From Octopus sinensis (Eukaryota): 64,000 bases of DNA. This document shows positions 12,001 through 25,872 of this stretch, one piece after another; position 1 is the stretch's first letter; each line of letters begins with the position of its first letter. A program made the translations under genes and the position numbers. The stretch is from positions 103,416,001 to 103,480,000 of the forward strand of contig NC_043003.1 in assembly GCF_006345805.1 (NCBI RefSeq). The letters are read 5' to 3'. The notes beneath the pieces are model-generated. The model saw only the letters and a program-made list of their open reading frames with translations. It made no database searches and was not told the DNA's origin.

Positions 12001-15000
12001 TCTGTGAAGGATTCAAGTCTTGAAAAACAGGAAGGTTTGAGACAACCTACAGTTTTGGATCCAAAGGAATCTGGACAATATGATGATGTAGAAGATAGTG
12101 ATACAGACAAAACATCTGATAATGAGTCTTCGGTGGAAACTTCCAGAGAAAAACCAGCTGGAACTATTAAAGATGATCTCGAGGTCGATGACTCTCAAAA
12201 AATATTGCATGAAGAAAATAATAAACTTGAAGTAAAACAGGAAGAAGATAATAAGGTAGGATTAAAGCAGGAAGAAGATAATAAGGTAGGAGTAAAACAA
12301 GAAGATAATAAGGTAGGAGTAAAACAAGAAGGTAATAAGGTAGGAGTAAAACAAGAAGATAATAAACTTGAAGTAAAACAGGAAGAAGATAATAATCTGG
12401 GGTTAAAAGGGAAAGAAGATATTAAACTGGGCGCAAATGAAATCAATATTTTCTCAGACGACACAAGTAATGAAAAGTTAAAATCCAGCTACGATGTCCA
12501 AGAAGACTCTTGCGAATCTAATTCCCAAACAGAACAAACACTCTCTGATAAGGTGGATGAAAGTGAAGGTCAAACTAACATCAACAGCAAAAATGTATCA
12601 CAGCAACAAATAACTGCTAAAGAAGGGGATGTATCGGCAAAAGAACAGCCATTAAGTGATGTAGATTTTTCTACAAAATATATTGCTAACGAAGATAATC
12701 GGGATGCTGAGTTAGCGCAGGTAAAGGACAGTCAGGAGCCTGTTGCTAATGATGATATTCAGAATGCCAAGTTAGCCCAAATAAAGGATAATGAGAATGC
12801 TGAAAATAGGTGCCAAGGACCCAAGAATGATATCAAATTTGAGGGCTTTAATATTGGTTTGCCAGAAAATATTGTCGGCACTGATAGTGAAGAAACGGAT
12901 GAAGAATCTCCGAAAGTTCCACTCGATAAGGCATTCATCTTTGATCAGTTCAGGGATGCTGACGAAGAGGAAGATAATGCTGATGAGGATGAAGCTGAAG
13001 AGGATGATGACAGTGAAGAAATCGTAGAACGTTCGGGCGACAAATCAAGTAATTCACTTCCGACTGAGGAATTAGTCGTTAAAGGTTTGAAGGAAAATCA
13101 AAATGTTGTTCGTCAGTCTCAGTCAAAAGGTAAAAATAAGAAATTTACCAAAAGCTTTGATGGTGACCGAAATATGGACGAGATACTGAGCACCACCGAG
13201 ATTCCATCGGCAAAAGCTTTATCAAAGGAAAGAACTGTGAACTATAATGAATACGAGTCGAAGTTAGATAACGAAAAAGCTAAAGAGCCTAAGTCCGTCA
13301 CTTTGGATGACAAGTCATTTGACTGCACTAGCTCCACCAAAGATACTCGAAGTAACAAGACACGACGTGCAAAGACAAAGTCGAAAATTAATACCCAACA
13401 AAATACTGAAGAGAGCAAAACTGACATTGACAGCAAATATGAAAAAACTAGTAAAATTGATGATAACAGTGAAATGGTGACATCACAAGATGAAATTTCT
13501 AAACTTGCCGCAAATACTGAACCACAATCGTCTTCCGATAACACGGATGTTTTGCAAGATATTATTCATAATATTAAGCAAACATTGCAAGAACGTAAAC
13601 TTAGCGACAACATTATATCTACGGTTTTAGAATCATTGAAAACCAAAAAGATTTTGGCTGATGTAACAAAAACGGAAGTAACAAGCAAACCTGATGTTCC
13701 ATTCACCTCACACATTCCTGATGAGATTCTATCAGAAAACGCGGTCCAGAATAGCAAACCCAGCCTGAACGAAAATGTTGATTTAAAGTCAGGCCCCAGT
13801 ATCGACATTTTCGTATCCGAAAATGAAAAACTTGATGATAAGTTTTCCAATAAGGCAAATCTTGCTGAAGCATCAGAAGTAATTAAAGACTTTCCCAGTT
13901 CTATTGATATATCGAGTGAAGAAAACTATCCATCTATTTCATTTGATAAAGAAAGCCATGATAAAGATGGCTCAAATGGGATGATTTTTGAAGATTCTTG
14001 CGAAACCATTGCCCTTGAATCTCGTCAGAAAGATCTTAACGATGATGTTGTTGTTGTTCTCCCGGCTATCAGTTCCACAGGGAACGATGAAAATGATGAT
14101 ATGGATGTTTTTCTGGATGCAAATGAAAATATTGTTACTGATTCGAATATTGATATTAAAGATGAACCTGAACAGTCGGGAGAATTTTTCTTCACCATAT
14201 CTACGGAATTAGAAAATGCTGGCGAAGAAGAAAATGACAATGAATTAAACGTCGTGTTTTACATCGATGATAAACAGTCAGAATTATCAGAAGATGCAGA
14301 CGACAAATCCGAAGTGCAAGACGACAATTTATTTGATGGTTCTGAAACCAACGTTGAATTTACTCTGGATTATACATTTAATGAAGACGATGTTTGTGAG
14401 GAGAAATACGTATTGAATGACGATGCTATTGAGACAGAAATTCGAAGTGAAGAAGCAGAGAATAATTTGAAGCATTCTATAGATTATAATAAAATTAGTG
14501 ACGGTAAGCGATGGACTTCCGAAGATATGGGCGAAGAAACCATTACAGATAAAACTGAAGAAGAATCAACTGTTTCTGTGACGGAACATTTGTTGTCTGA
14601 CATTAGTGGAGAGATAAATTTAGGAACACAGAATGAGTATAAAATGTCAAACGACACTTTTGAAATTTCCCATCAAGATAACATTTTAGGAAAAACGAGT
14701 CCGGTTGCGTTCGAAAATGATGTTGGTAACTATAAGACCATAATGTCGTCTGAAGAAACTAATGATGATTTGAAAAAGTTTGATTCAAAAGAGTTGTCCT
14801 ATCAATACTCTAAAAAGGACAGCTTTGAGTCTGACAACATGGATTCGTCAGAAAACTACATTAGTACTGAAAGAAACGTCGAAGATACAAATAAAGTGTC
14901 AGATACTTATTCAGATGGTTGTGATGAAGATGATGAGGTGGATAATCTAATTGCAAACACAAGAAAACTTTTGCAAGGATTCCGTCAAATGAGGATTCGC

Positions 15001-17316
15001 CAAGAAGAAGAACTTGAAATCTGGCGAAATCAGAAAGACAAGGATGTTTGTGATAGGGTGCCAACAGAGAACTTAATCGGTAAACCGCCATACGAAGACA
15101 TTCTACAGATAACGAATGAATGGGACAAGACAGATAAGAGTTGTGTAGATGGCAGTGTAGATGAGACACGCAGATATCAAGAGAAAAAAACAGAGTTTAA
15201 TGACACTGTAACTGTATCTCAGAAACACAAGGATTCTGAAACGTCTTCCGTCAGTTATAATGAGGATTTGTCACGTGACTCTCCAAGAGAGTACAATAAA
15301 GCTGACACTATATCTTCACTTAAGACAGAAACAAAATCTGAAGCTGAATCTGTGTCTAATATCTATGGATATACATTAGACACATCTTCGAGGTACCATC
15401 AAGAGACAGATGTGTTTTCTATGCCTCCTCCCGACAAAGAAGAGTTCGATAACGACTTAACAAATGCCAAAGATACCGCAAACAATTTAGAAAATGCGAA
15501 AAGGTCCAAAAAACATACGGAAATGGAGATTCGTAGGATTCTGATGACGGGCTTATCACCCATACGAGAATTAGATGAAGAACAGAGCTTGCCAGAAACT
15601 AACAATTTACAGGAGGAGTCTCAAGTACACAGTCTGGATATTCCTACAAATGATACTGTCCCTGCATCTTCTGATAGTCTCATTAAAGAATGTGAAAAAG
15701 TACCGTTATTGAACATCGAAATCGAGGTTGAAGGGGAAATTTATGATGAGACTAAACCAGTAGAGGATAAACACTTGCCACCGATAGCTACTGAGAAACA
15801 CTTGCCACCGCAAACACCATACGTCAAAAGCAAAGAAGAATATAAAGACGATAACGTCGAGACTGTGATGGAAAAATGGGGTAGTATGCTTCTTCTTGAT
15901 AAAGGTAGAAGTCGCAAATCAAAGCAAAAGGAGACCAAGACTCGGAAAAAGACATCAGACACTTCAGAACCATTGACTGAAAAAATATCCAATGTGTCAA
16001 AAGATCGGGAACCAACGAAAGTCTGCGATACAGTCACACCTAAGGAACCGAGTAAAGAAAAGAGTTTTGATGGTTCTAAACATTCGGAATCAACAAAAGT
16101 CCACGATACTGCTTTACTTCCGGAATCGCATAAAGAAAATAGCTTTGGTCGCTCCAAACTTCCGGAACCAATGAAAGTCGATAATACTGCTACACTTCCT
16201 GAACTAAGTAAAGAGAAGAATTTTGGTATTTCCAAGCTTTCTGAAACAACCAAAGAACAAATCAGTGAAAAGTCCAAGATTTTAGAACCAAGGAAAGAAG
16301 ATATTTGCGATTCCTCCAAATTAGCGAAACCTTTGAGAGAAAAAATCGATGAAACCTTCAAACTTTCGGAGACAGCAAGAGAAAAGATCAGTGAAGACAC
16401 GAAACTTTCGGAAACGGTTAATGAAAATATTAAAGAAACCTCCAACGTTCCAGAAACACTCGTAGAAAAGAAGAGTGAAACCAATAAAGCAGTGGAACCT
16501 TTGAAAGAAAACAACAGCGTAAGTCGAAAACTTCCGGAACCAAAAGAAGAAAAGTTCTTCCATACCACCAAACATCTGGATTCTTCGAAAGAAAACATCA
16601 GTGATATTTCTGTGAAAAACAAGGAGGTTGAAGAGTATGGAAGGTTCCAACAAATCACAGAGGGTCAGAGAAAAGTAGAGCAAAAGAATCATTCTGAGAT
16701 TGATTCTCAACCCACAAAACTAGCCGAAACCATCAGAAAGGCTGAAGATGATAAAAAGGATCAAACTCCTGAGAAAACTATTCGAAAGGATCCAAGACGA
16801 AAAGATTTAAGAACTTCAGTGAACGGTTCCTCTATGAATTCCGAAAAGCCGAAAGTCGAGCCAGTGTTAGACAAACCAAAGAAAACAAGAACTGCCGGAA
16901 TGAGAAATGAGCAGCTGAAACCTTGGCTATTTTCACAAATACAAAGTCCTGAGGACGAGGAAATGGAAAGTTTCATAAAGGTTTTGACTCAAAAGGACAA
17001 CAGAGAGCGTAAGCAGAATAAAAAGGATGATGTCTCAAATTCCACTAAGGACAGGGATGTATCACTGGATAAGAAACAAGAGGCAGAACCAGAAACCAAA
17101 TACACCGAAACGCAGAAGAGTAACATTGTCGAGAGCATTGACGATACAAGTGTCACACACCCCAAAATATTGTCACAGACCCAAGAGGATATTGAAAGGA
17201 AATTGCTTGGAAATGACGGAATAAGTGGTGCTAAACCAAATAATGAAGTTCATGTTGAGAAACTTAATAGAAATTCTAACGTGGAAGATGATGTCAAAGA
17301 AACATCGGCAAAGATT
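1..17316 (+). CDS. Giant coding exon (>=17.3 kb, >=5772 codons) of a very large acidic, low-complexity, probably disordered protein; 5' end lies outside the window
   Basis: Frame +1 is stop-free from base 1 to 17337, so the ATG at 25 is probably internal. A canonical donor AAGATT|GTGAGT at 17316/17317 falls in phase 0, just before the stop and the microsatellite-rich intron. Confidence 0.9.
1243..1560 (+). repeat. Degenerate in-frame 12/24-bp repeats encoding SSE[S/C]SPE(L)
   Basis: Translation [19 protein letters not shown]... and [25 protein letters not shown]. Confidence 0.85.
12217..12400 (+). repeat. In-frame 27/30-bp minisatellite encoding NKVGVKQE(E)D (about 6 units)
   Basis: Repeated aataaggtaggagtaaaacaagaagat / aataaacttgaagtaaaacaggaagaagat. 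Confidence 0.9.
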
Positions 17317-17425
17317 GTGAGTATTCGTTTATCGTGATTTTTATGAGACAGATATATTTACATATATATATACATTTACATATGCATATATATACATATG
17401 TATGCATGTATGTATGTATGTATGT

Positions 17426-17495
<70 letters not shown>

Positions 17496-17651
17496 CAGTA
17501 AAACAATTAAGATTCAAGTGAATTCCAATGAATTCAAATGAATTCATTTATTCTTGTATATATATATATACATATGCATATATGTGTGTATATATGTTTG
17601 TGTGTATGTAGATATATACATATAGAAAGAAAAAGTATGAGATAGATAGAC

Positions 17652-17753
<102 letters not shown>

Positions 17754-17946
17754 GCTCGGGGGGGAAATAACTCCTAGATTGATTGAATATATATATAACA
17801 AGTGTATCAAGCACATCGATCCAATTTCAATATTTTACAGACAAATATAGAAAAATAGCTGCAATCTTCACAACTTTGCTTTGATGAAACCGTAATATTC
17901 TCTCCGACGATAGTTTCCTTATTGTAGAGTCGCCATATTAAACTCT

Positions 17947-17960
17947 GTCTCCATGGTAAC
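17947..17960 (+). promoter_or_regulatory. RFX X-box-like motif GTCTCCATGGTAAC next to a YY1-like GTCGCCATATT (17929-17939)
   Basis: Matches the 14-bp X-box pattern GTHNYYATRRNAAC; sits in a short non-repetitive, CpG-containing island. Confidence 0.4.
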
Positions 17961-18359
17961 GGCCGAGCTAAATCCAGCATTCAGCCTTCTGGTGTGAAAT
18001 CTTCGTTGGTCTGTGTGTCATTTATTTCGGTAAATCTTCCACACGGCACAATCTCTCTTCTTCGCCATCATTACTCTCGCCTTCATTTTCTCACCCCTTT
18101 TTTTTTCCCTCACATCTAAACATATACACATACACATGCGTGCACATGCACACATAAACACATAGACACACAAATACGCGCTAACACACACATACAAACT
18201 GATCAAAACATACGCACACGCACACACACATACACATACACATACGCACATATACGCACATGTGCGCTGTATGTATATACATATACATATATGTGTGTGT
18301 GTGTACATACAAATATACATGCAATTATATATAGATATACATATATATACACACACAAG

Positions 18360-18844
18360 CACATACATACATGCATACATACATTCATACATACATACAT
18401 TCATACATACGTGCATACATACATACATTCATACATACATACATACATGCATTCATACATACATACATACATACATACATACATACATACATACATACAT
18501 ACATACATTCATACATACATGCATACATACATACATACATACATACATTCATACATACATGCATACATACATACATACATTCATACATACATACATACAT
18601 TCATACATACATGCATTCATACATACATACATACATACATACATACATACATACATACATACATTCATACATACATGCATACATACATACATACATACAT
18701 TCATACATACATACATACATTCATACATACATGCATACATACATACATACATACATACATACATACATACATACATACATACATACATACATACATACAT
18801 ACATTCATACATACATACATACATACATACATACATACATACAT
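18360..18844. repeat. (CATA)n microsatellite with CATT/CATG variants
   Basis: Seen directly. Confidence 0.97.
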
Positions 18845-19139
18845 AGAAGAATATATGAGCAACCATATATATGTGTATGTGCGTAGCTAATCACGAGTGA
18901 GGTGCAACAAAGTCCCAGAATTCTCCACCAAATCTAAAAGAAGGTCAATCGGTAAATTCTTAATTTTTACCATTTATTCCCTGCACAATTCCAATCCTCC
19001 TCAGCATGATTGTTCTTTAGTACAAGCATATTACACGCTATATATTTTCCACACACACTTGTCCCGGACGGCAGGCACCGATCCCTCAGTAGTGGTGGTA
19101 GTAGTAGTAGTAGCAGTAGTAGTAGTAGTAGTAGTAGTT

Positions 19140-19235
<96 letters not shown>

Positions 19236-19460
19236 GCATTTCTGTGCCATAGGTGCCATAGGTGCCAATTTGTTTGTAAAACAGAAGTATAATGTGCTGG
19301 GGTTCGACAATATCGACCACACGTTTCTTATGCAATCTCTAGAAAAGTTTTCTGCATATTTAATAAATAGATAGATACATACATACATACATACATAGAT
19401 ATATAGATATGCATATGTGTATATATGTGTGTGTGTGTGTACACACACATACACACATAC

Positions 19461-19492
<32 letters not shown>

Positions 19493-19537
19493 TTATATAT
19501 ACATATACATATATATTACACACACACACACACACAT

Positions 19538-19588
<51 letters not shown>

Positions 19589-19934
19589 ACTGCATCGATC
19601 AGATTATCAGATGTTGGTCATAAATCGCTGGTCCTAAATGCAGTCCCTTGAATCGTCTTAGCTTCCGAATGATGTCACTCCGCTGTCTTAGCGGGTAGGC
19701 TAAACTTACCACCTTAACGGAACGTAAGCCTGTCGCAGGGCAACCCGTTGACGACCGAGTGGACTGGTACAACGTACGACGCCAAATAAAGTAGTTTGGT
19801 CAAGAACACAATGCACCGCTGGTCTGATCTTGGAACTGAAACCATGATCTGACGACTGTGAGTGTATACCATGCACATACACAGACGCGTGCATGCGCGC
19901 GCATACACATACATACATTCACATATACATATGC

Positions 19935-19970
<36 letters not shown>

Positions 19971-20071
19971 TTATACGTACATATATATATTTATATTTAA
20001 TACATATATATATATTTATACATGCAAATAACATGTGTGTATGTGTGTGTATCGTTGTTATTATGCAAAAG

Positions 20072-20278
20072 TGTCGTAAGTTCAAAACGTTGCTTTTTCA
20101 AAAAAAATCTAGTTTCACCATTCCATAGCAAAACTGGTGTACTACACTTTGACAATTTTTGATATCTTGGCATCTGAAGCAGTTGGAGATACGATAGTTT
20201 GACCAAAAGAACAGGGTATTGCAAGCAAAAATAAATATTGAAAAAAAAACGCATTTGGCCAAAGTTGGACATACGACA
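20072..20278. mobile_element. Possible small MITE
   Basis: 14-bp imperfect terminal inverted repeats (TGTCGTAAGTTCAA / TGTCGTATGTCCAA); single copy in the window. Confidence 0.3.
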
Positions 20279-21490
20279 GTTTAACATACTAGCAACGATA
20301 TATATAGTATTTATATTTATGTATATAATATATATATATATGTATATACCATTTTCATGTGTTAAGGCTCCGCTACCTTCACATCCAACCATCAAGAAAC
20401 TTGATGCTTTACCCCTAAACTATTTTTGTTCGCTTCATTGACTGAGTGTTCACTTTGAACCTGAGAAATTACTGGAGATAAGCTGTCTTGTTTGTTTCTT
20501 AATGATTTTTACAAAGTATTTTGTAAACGTTAAATATATCTATGTGCATTCTCTCCGTCTCTCTCTCCCCTCTTCTTTCTCTCTCTCCTCTTCTCTCTCT
20601 TTCTCTCCTCTTCTCTCTCTCTCTCTCTCTCTCCCTCTCTTTCTCTATCCACCTATCTATCTATTTATCTCTCACTGTCTCTTAAAACCCAGTGCACCTA
20701 GATTTTGACAGACAAGAACATAAACTGGATGCACATAGATATACTTCTAAGAGGTCTTCAGTAAATTGATAGTGAATATTAATCAATGTTGTAATTACTC
20801 TATAAAGAAAAACAGTGACAGAAATTTAATGCATAAATATTTAATTAAGAGTAACATACAAGTTTTCAGAAATTCTCATGGTTGCGTAAAGACAAAAAAA
20901 ATTGCAGACGATTGAGCTAGGTCTTAAACAGTTAAAGCATGTGGCACACGTCTGTGAGGTTTATTTCGTAACGTAATCCTGGCGTGTGCCTAGAGCATAG
21001 TTGATGTTGGTTCACGCTCGCATTTTTGGTTTTTCTTTTCCTTTCTTCTGTGTATGCACGTATATATGCGAAAACGTAGAATGTATATGTATTTATGTGC
21101 AAATACTTGCATGTATGTATTGATATTACTTAAATGTATATGCGCATGAGTAAGTGTATATATGAATCTATGAATCTATGAATATGTTGTCTCGTAAGTA
21201 GGACAACATTTAAATATTTTACTTCAAAAATCTGTCTATGTTCTGAGATTCCTTGTTCTACGCATTTCTGTTTAATTTCATTTGTTCGTACGTCTGTTTC
21301 TTTTGCGTATTTTAAAGGAGATGTAATTATATGCGATTGCGCATAACAGCACAACAATGTCTGTCAGTGGATCTCTATGTTTCTGCACTTATTGAATGCT
21401 TAATACATGTATGTGCATGTCTGAAGGTATATATGTGCTCTTAACATATATATATATATATATATATATAAGAGGTAGTTATATCCTCGA

Positions 21491-21576
<86 letters not shown>

Positions 21577-21674
21577 ATAATATATATATATATAATGTAT
21601 ACTGTCGCACGCAATTATAACAAAAGCGATATTAAGTTTCATAACTGACTGCTGTCGTGTACCTCTCCTTGCAG

Positions 21675-21746
21675 ATCGCTGATTCATCAATTGATTCTCT
21701 CCGTCAACAACATCATGTCTCTGATAAAACCCAGCTGCCAAACCAG
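21675..21746 (+). CDS. 72-nt phase 0/0 exon, IADSSIDSLRQQHHVSDKTQLPNQ
   Basis: Acceptor ctctccttgcag|, donor CAG|GTAAAA, open in phase 0, length divisible by 3, joins in frame to the giant exon. Confidence 0.8.
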
Positions 21747-22037
21747 GTAAAATATGACATTAAAAAAAAGCAACGAAACACTATATTTTTTTCAAGATTT
21801 GACAAAAAAGGGGTGAAACAGTAAACGTCAGATTTGCAGGCCGTGTCAATATGGTGAGGTTGATAGTTTAATGTAATTGTGGGGGGGGAGATCCAGCGAG
21901 GAACATCTACGTGGTGTCTCTATCTGATAGAAATAACAGCCAAATGTCCTTCAAATCTCAGCTTCTTGTCTGAACACAGGAATGAATGCAAACATTGCTT
22001 AATGCAGTCCTACCTGTTTAAAGAAAACATACGACGT

Positions 22038-22086
<49 letters not shown>

Positions 22087-22126
22087 TTTCAATATATGTG
22101 TATACATGTGTTTGTATGTATGCGAA

Positions 22127-22434
22127 GGCGCTTGACTCAGTGGTTAGGGCATTCGGCTCACGATCGTAAGATCGGAAGTTCGATTCCCAGTAACGCGTTG
22201 TATCCTTGAGCAAGACACTTTATTTCACGTTACTCCAGTCCACTCAGCTCGCAAAAATGAGTAGTACCTGTATTTCAAAGGGCCAGCTTTGTCACACTCT
22301 GTGTCACACTGAATCTCCCTCAGAACTACGTTAAGGATACACGTGTCTGTGGAGTACTCAGCCACTTGCACGTTAATTCCACGAGCAAGCTGTTCCGTTA
22401 ATCGTATCAGCTCGGACCCTCGTCGTCGTAACCG
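22127..22434 (+). mobile_element. tRNA-headed SINE (family A), full length
   Basis: A-box-like TGACTCAGTGG and B-box-like GTTCGATTCC; body matches the minus-strand copy at 32412-32734. Confidence 0.85.
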
Positions 22435-22514
22435 CATGTATATTCATATATATACACGTACATACACACATACATGTATATATGCATGTGTGTGTGCATA
22501 TATGTGTGTGTGTG

Positions 22515-22593
<79 letters not shown>

Positions 22594-22595
<2 letters not shown>

Positions 22596-22853
22596 AAAAG
22601 AAGAATGAAAATGCTACGTTTTTAAAATTAGGTACATTTAAATTTCTTTATATAAATACATAATAAATATATGCTTCGGTTGTTTATAAACTTTATCAAA
22701 AATATGTACTTAAATGAAATATGCAGAGAAAAAAGATTATTAATAAAATAAACGTTCAACCGAAACATGTAAAACAAAAACATATTTTATGTATTTATAT
22801 AAAGACATTTAAATGTACCTAATTTTAAAAATACAGCATTTTCGTTCTTTTTC
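22594..22853. repeat. AT-rich foldback / MITE-like element with about 90-bp imperfect arms
   Basis: gaaaaagaagaatgaaaatgc...tttaaaattaggtacatttaaat...tatataaatacata...ttcggttg is mirrored at 22757-22853. Confidence 0.8.
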
Positions 22854-22891
22854 ATAAATATCTACTTACTCGCGTGTTACCTCTACATTCT

Positions 22892-22950
<59 letters not shown>

Positions 22951-23558
22951 ATGTATGTATGTATGTATGTATGTATGTATGTATGTATGTATGAGAAGCT
23001 GGAGATTTGAGTTTTATGTTATTGATTATTCAAATGCAAACGTCGGAAGTAAAAAAAAAACAGCGTGACAATGCATAAGCAAAAATATTCACAAACACAT
23101 TAAAATACACAGAGATCTTATTTGTTTATAAAAAAATAAAGAAAAAACTATTAAAAAAGCCTTAAGAAAATGCGTGTTTTGTAGATATGATACTAATAAA
23201 ATGAAAATAAATGTTCAGTAAATGACAATTGAATAGATGAATTGGTGATGCATTTTCTAAATATTTTTTTCAGTGACCAGTCAAATCTCGATGCATTGTT
23301 AGTTAATCATTATTTCAGTGTTTGAGAATATTTTTGCTTGTATAGTTTCGTGATCTTATTTCAACTAAGACCATCTCATGTAACGTGTCCTTCAGGCTTT
23401 TAAGATGGTAAGATATGATTGAGGTGATATTTGGTTATTGTGTTTACCATGTCGAAAGACAACGTAGGGAATTATCTTTTTGGTTCGATGATATATGATG
23501 AATGTTGTAGGTCAGCGTTGTTGTCGCCGTCGTTGTCATCGTCATTGTCGTGAATTAA

Positions 23559-23657
23559 AAGTGTCTTGCTCAAGGACACAACGCGTTACTGGGAATCGAA
23601 CTTCCGATCTTACGATCGTGAGCTGAATCCCCTAACCACTGAGCCAAGCGCCTTCGC
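23559..23657 (-). mobile_element. SINE family A head only, inverted relative to 22127
   Basis: Reverse complement differs from 22112-22220 at only about 4 positions. Confidence 0.85.
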
Positions 23658-23938
23658 ATACATACATCGTTTTCGTCTTAGTGGTTTAGAATAGGCCTAT
23701 GACCATAGGCATTTCATCCATAACTGTTCCATCCGCTTTTTTGTTCGTTTAGTCTTTTCGCTTGTGTATTTCCGTGACTACGTTGTCCAATACATCCTTC
23801 TTTTTAAGACTGCTATTTCTAACAAATCAAACGACCACATAGAGACGCTGCCAGATTGTTGACGATGATATTGCTGCCATTCTTGCTATGACCGTTAATG
23901 TTATCGTTGTCATCGTCGTTGTTGCTGCTGTTGCCGTT

Positions 23939-24300
23939 GAGCGAAGCGGTCTTCGTCCCAGAGTGGGAGAAGTCCGAAACGTGGTCCTTTGCTATTCGTA
24001 AGACCCGCAGAAGAGAAAGCAGGTCAACCCCCGACACCGAGAGCATCGACGGATGGATGAATGCGCATCCAGGCTCAGCGGTTGCGTAGGAAGTCGGGGA
24101 CAAGAAACAGGAAGAAAGAGTGAGAGAAAGTTGGAGTGAAAGAGTACAACAGGGGTCGCCACCCCCCCCCCCCTGCCGGAGCCTCGAGGAGCTTTAGGTG
24201 TTTTCGCTCAATAAACACACACAACGCCCGATCTGGGAATCGAAACCGCGATCCTCCGACCGCGAGTCCGCTGCCCTAACCACTGGGCCATTGCGCCTCC
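23939..24300 (-). mobile_element. About 360-bp tRNA-headed SINE (family D) with (CAACAG)n tail
   Basis: Head GGAGGCGCAATGGCCCAGTGGTTAGGG...GGTTTCGATTCCC; high identity to 36657-37022 and 61129-61433. Confidence 0.85.
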
Positions 24301-24869
24301 TGTTGCTGCTGTTGTTGTTATTGTCGTTGTTCTTGCTATTGTTGTTAGTGGTAGTGGTGGTGGGGGTTCGTCTTCGTCTTCGTCGTCGTGTAGTTAATTG
24401 TTTCAATATTAAATTTCTAGTTGATTTCTTCATTAAAACATATCTCCATTTTTATTCACGGCGTGATGTTGGTGGCGGCCGGTGGGTGCGGAGGTGGGGG
24501 GTGATCATGATTGTGGTAGTGATGGCAGTGGTGGCGGCTGTGATGGTTGTGGTGGTGGTGGTGGTGGTGGTGGTGGTTGTGGTTGTGGTGGTGGTTGTGG
24601 TTGTGGTGGTGGTGGTTGTGGTGGTGGTGGTTGTGTGGTGGTGGTGGTGTGGTGGTGGTGGTGGTATAATGACGACATTGCAGTGTCTGGCGAGTGTCAA
24701 GTTTGGTGTAGCGTGGTATGATGCGGGTGTGGGATCGTTTATTGTAATGAACTTATGGAGGAACAACCGCTGGACAAGAGAGCGTGGGTAAGCGTTAGTA
24801 TTAAGATTTTATACGCGCGAATACATGTATGTATAAACGTGCATGGGCGTATGTATGGATCTATGTATA

Positions 24870-24908
<39 letters not shown>

Positions 24909-25371
24909 GTGGATGTACTCTTGCATACGAGTGTGTGTCTGTAGGCATGTTTATACTCTTGTGCGAAAGAGTGCATGTATGTGGTATGTATGCGTGCGCT
25001 TGCGTGTATATGTATGAGTGTGTGAGAGTGTGAATGTGCATGCGTGTGCGTGTGAGTGTTTGTGTGCGTGTTGTGTGTGTTTGTGTGTATGTTTGTGCGT
25101 GTGTGTGTGTGTGTGCGCGTAAACTATTGCAAACGGTAATTACAAATGTCAACTGAAATTTGAAACCTTGCATAAAGTGCGTGTCACGTGCCGTAGGCGA
25201 TATTCGATCTCGCAATTTATGCTCAACTAATCAAAGCAATATGGCCAAAACCAAAATACAATTAGAGAGAGAGAGAAGGGGGGGGGTAGACAGGCAGACA
25301 GGCAGGCAGGCAGGCAGATGGACGGTTGGTGGGTGAGTTGGTGGGTGGCTGATGAGTGGGTGGGTGTTTGG

Positions 25372-25872
<501 letters not shown>

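Noticed and set aside
52-17224. Dozens of S/L/F-rich ORFs on the minus strand and short alternative-frame ORFs over the giant exon
   Set aside because: Expected shadows of an A/G-rich, E/K/D/S-coding strand; no independent motifs
22127-22200. tRNA genes at SINE heads (also 24230-24300, 45178-45250, 46382-46450)
   Set aside because: A/B boxes are present but there is no complete cloverleaf or acceptor stem, and each continues into a SINE body
23819-24103. Peptide SETWSFAIRKTRRRESRSTPDTESIDGWMNAHPGSAVA, recurring at 24.0, 36.7 and 61.3 kb
   Set aside because: It is a reading of SINE family D, not a conserved protein domain
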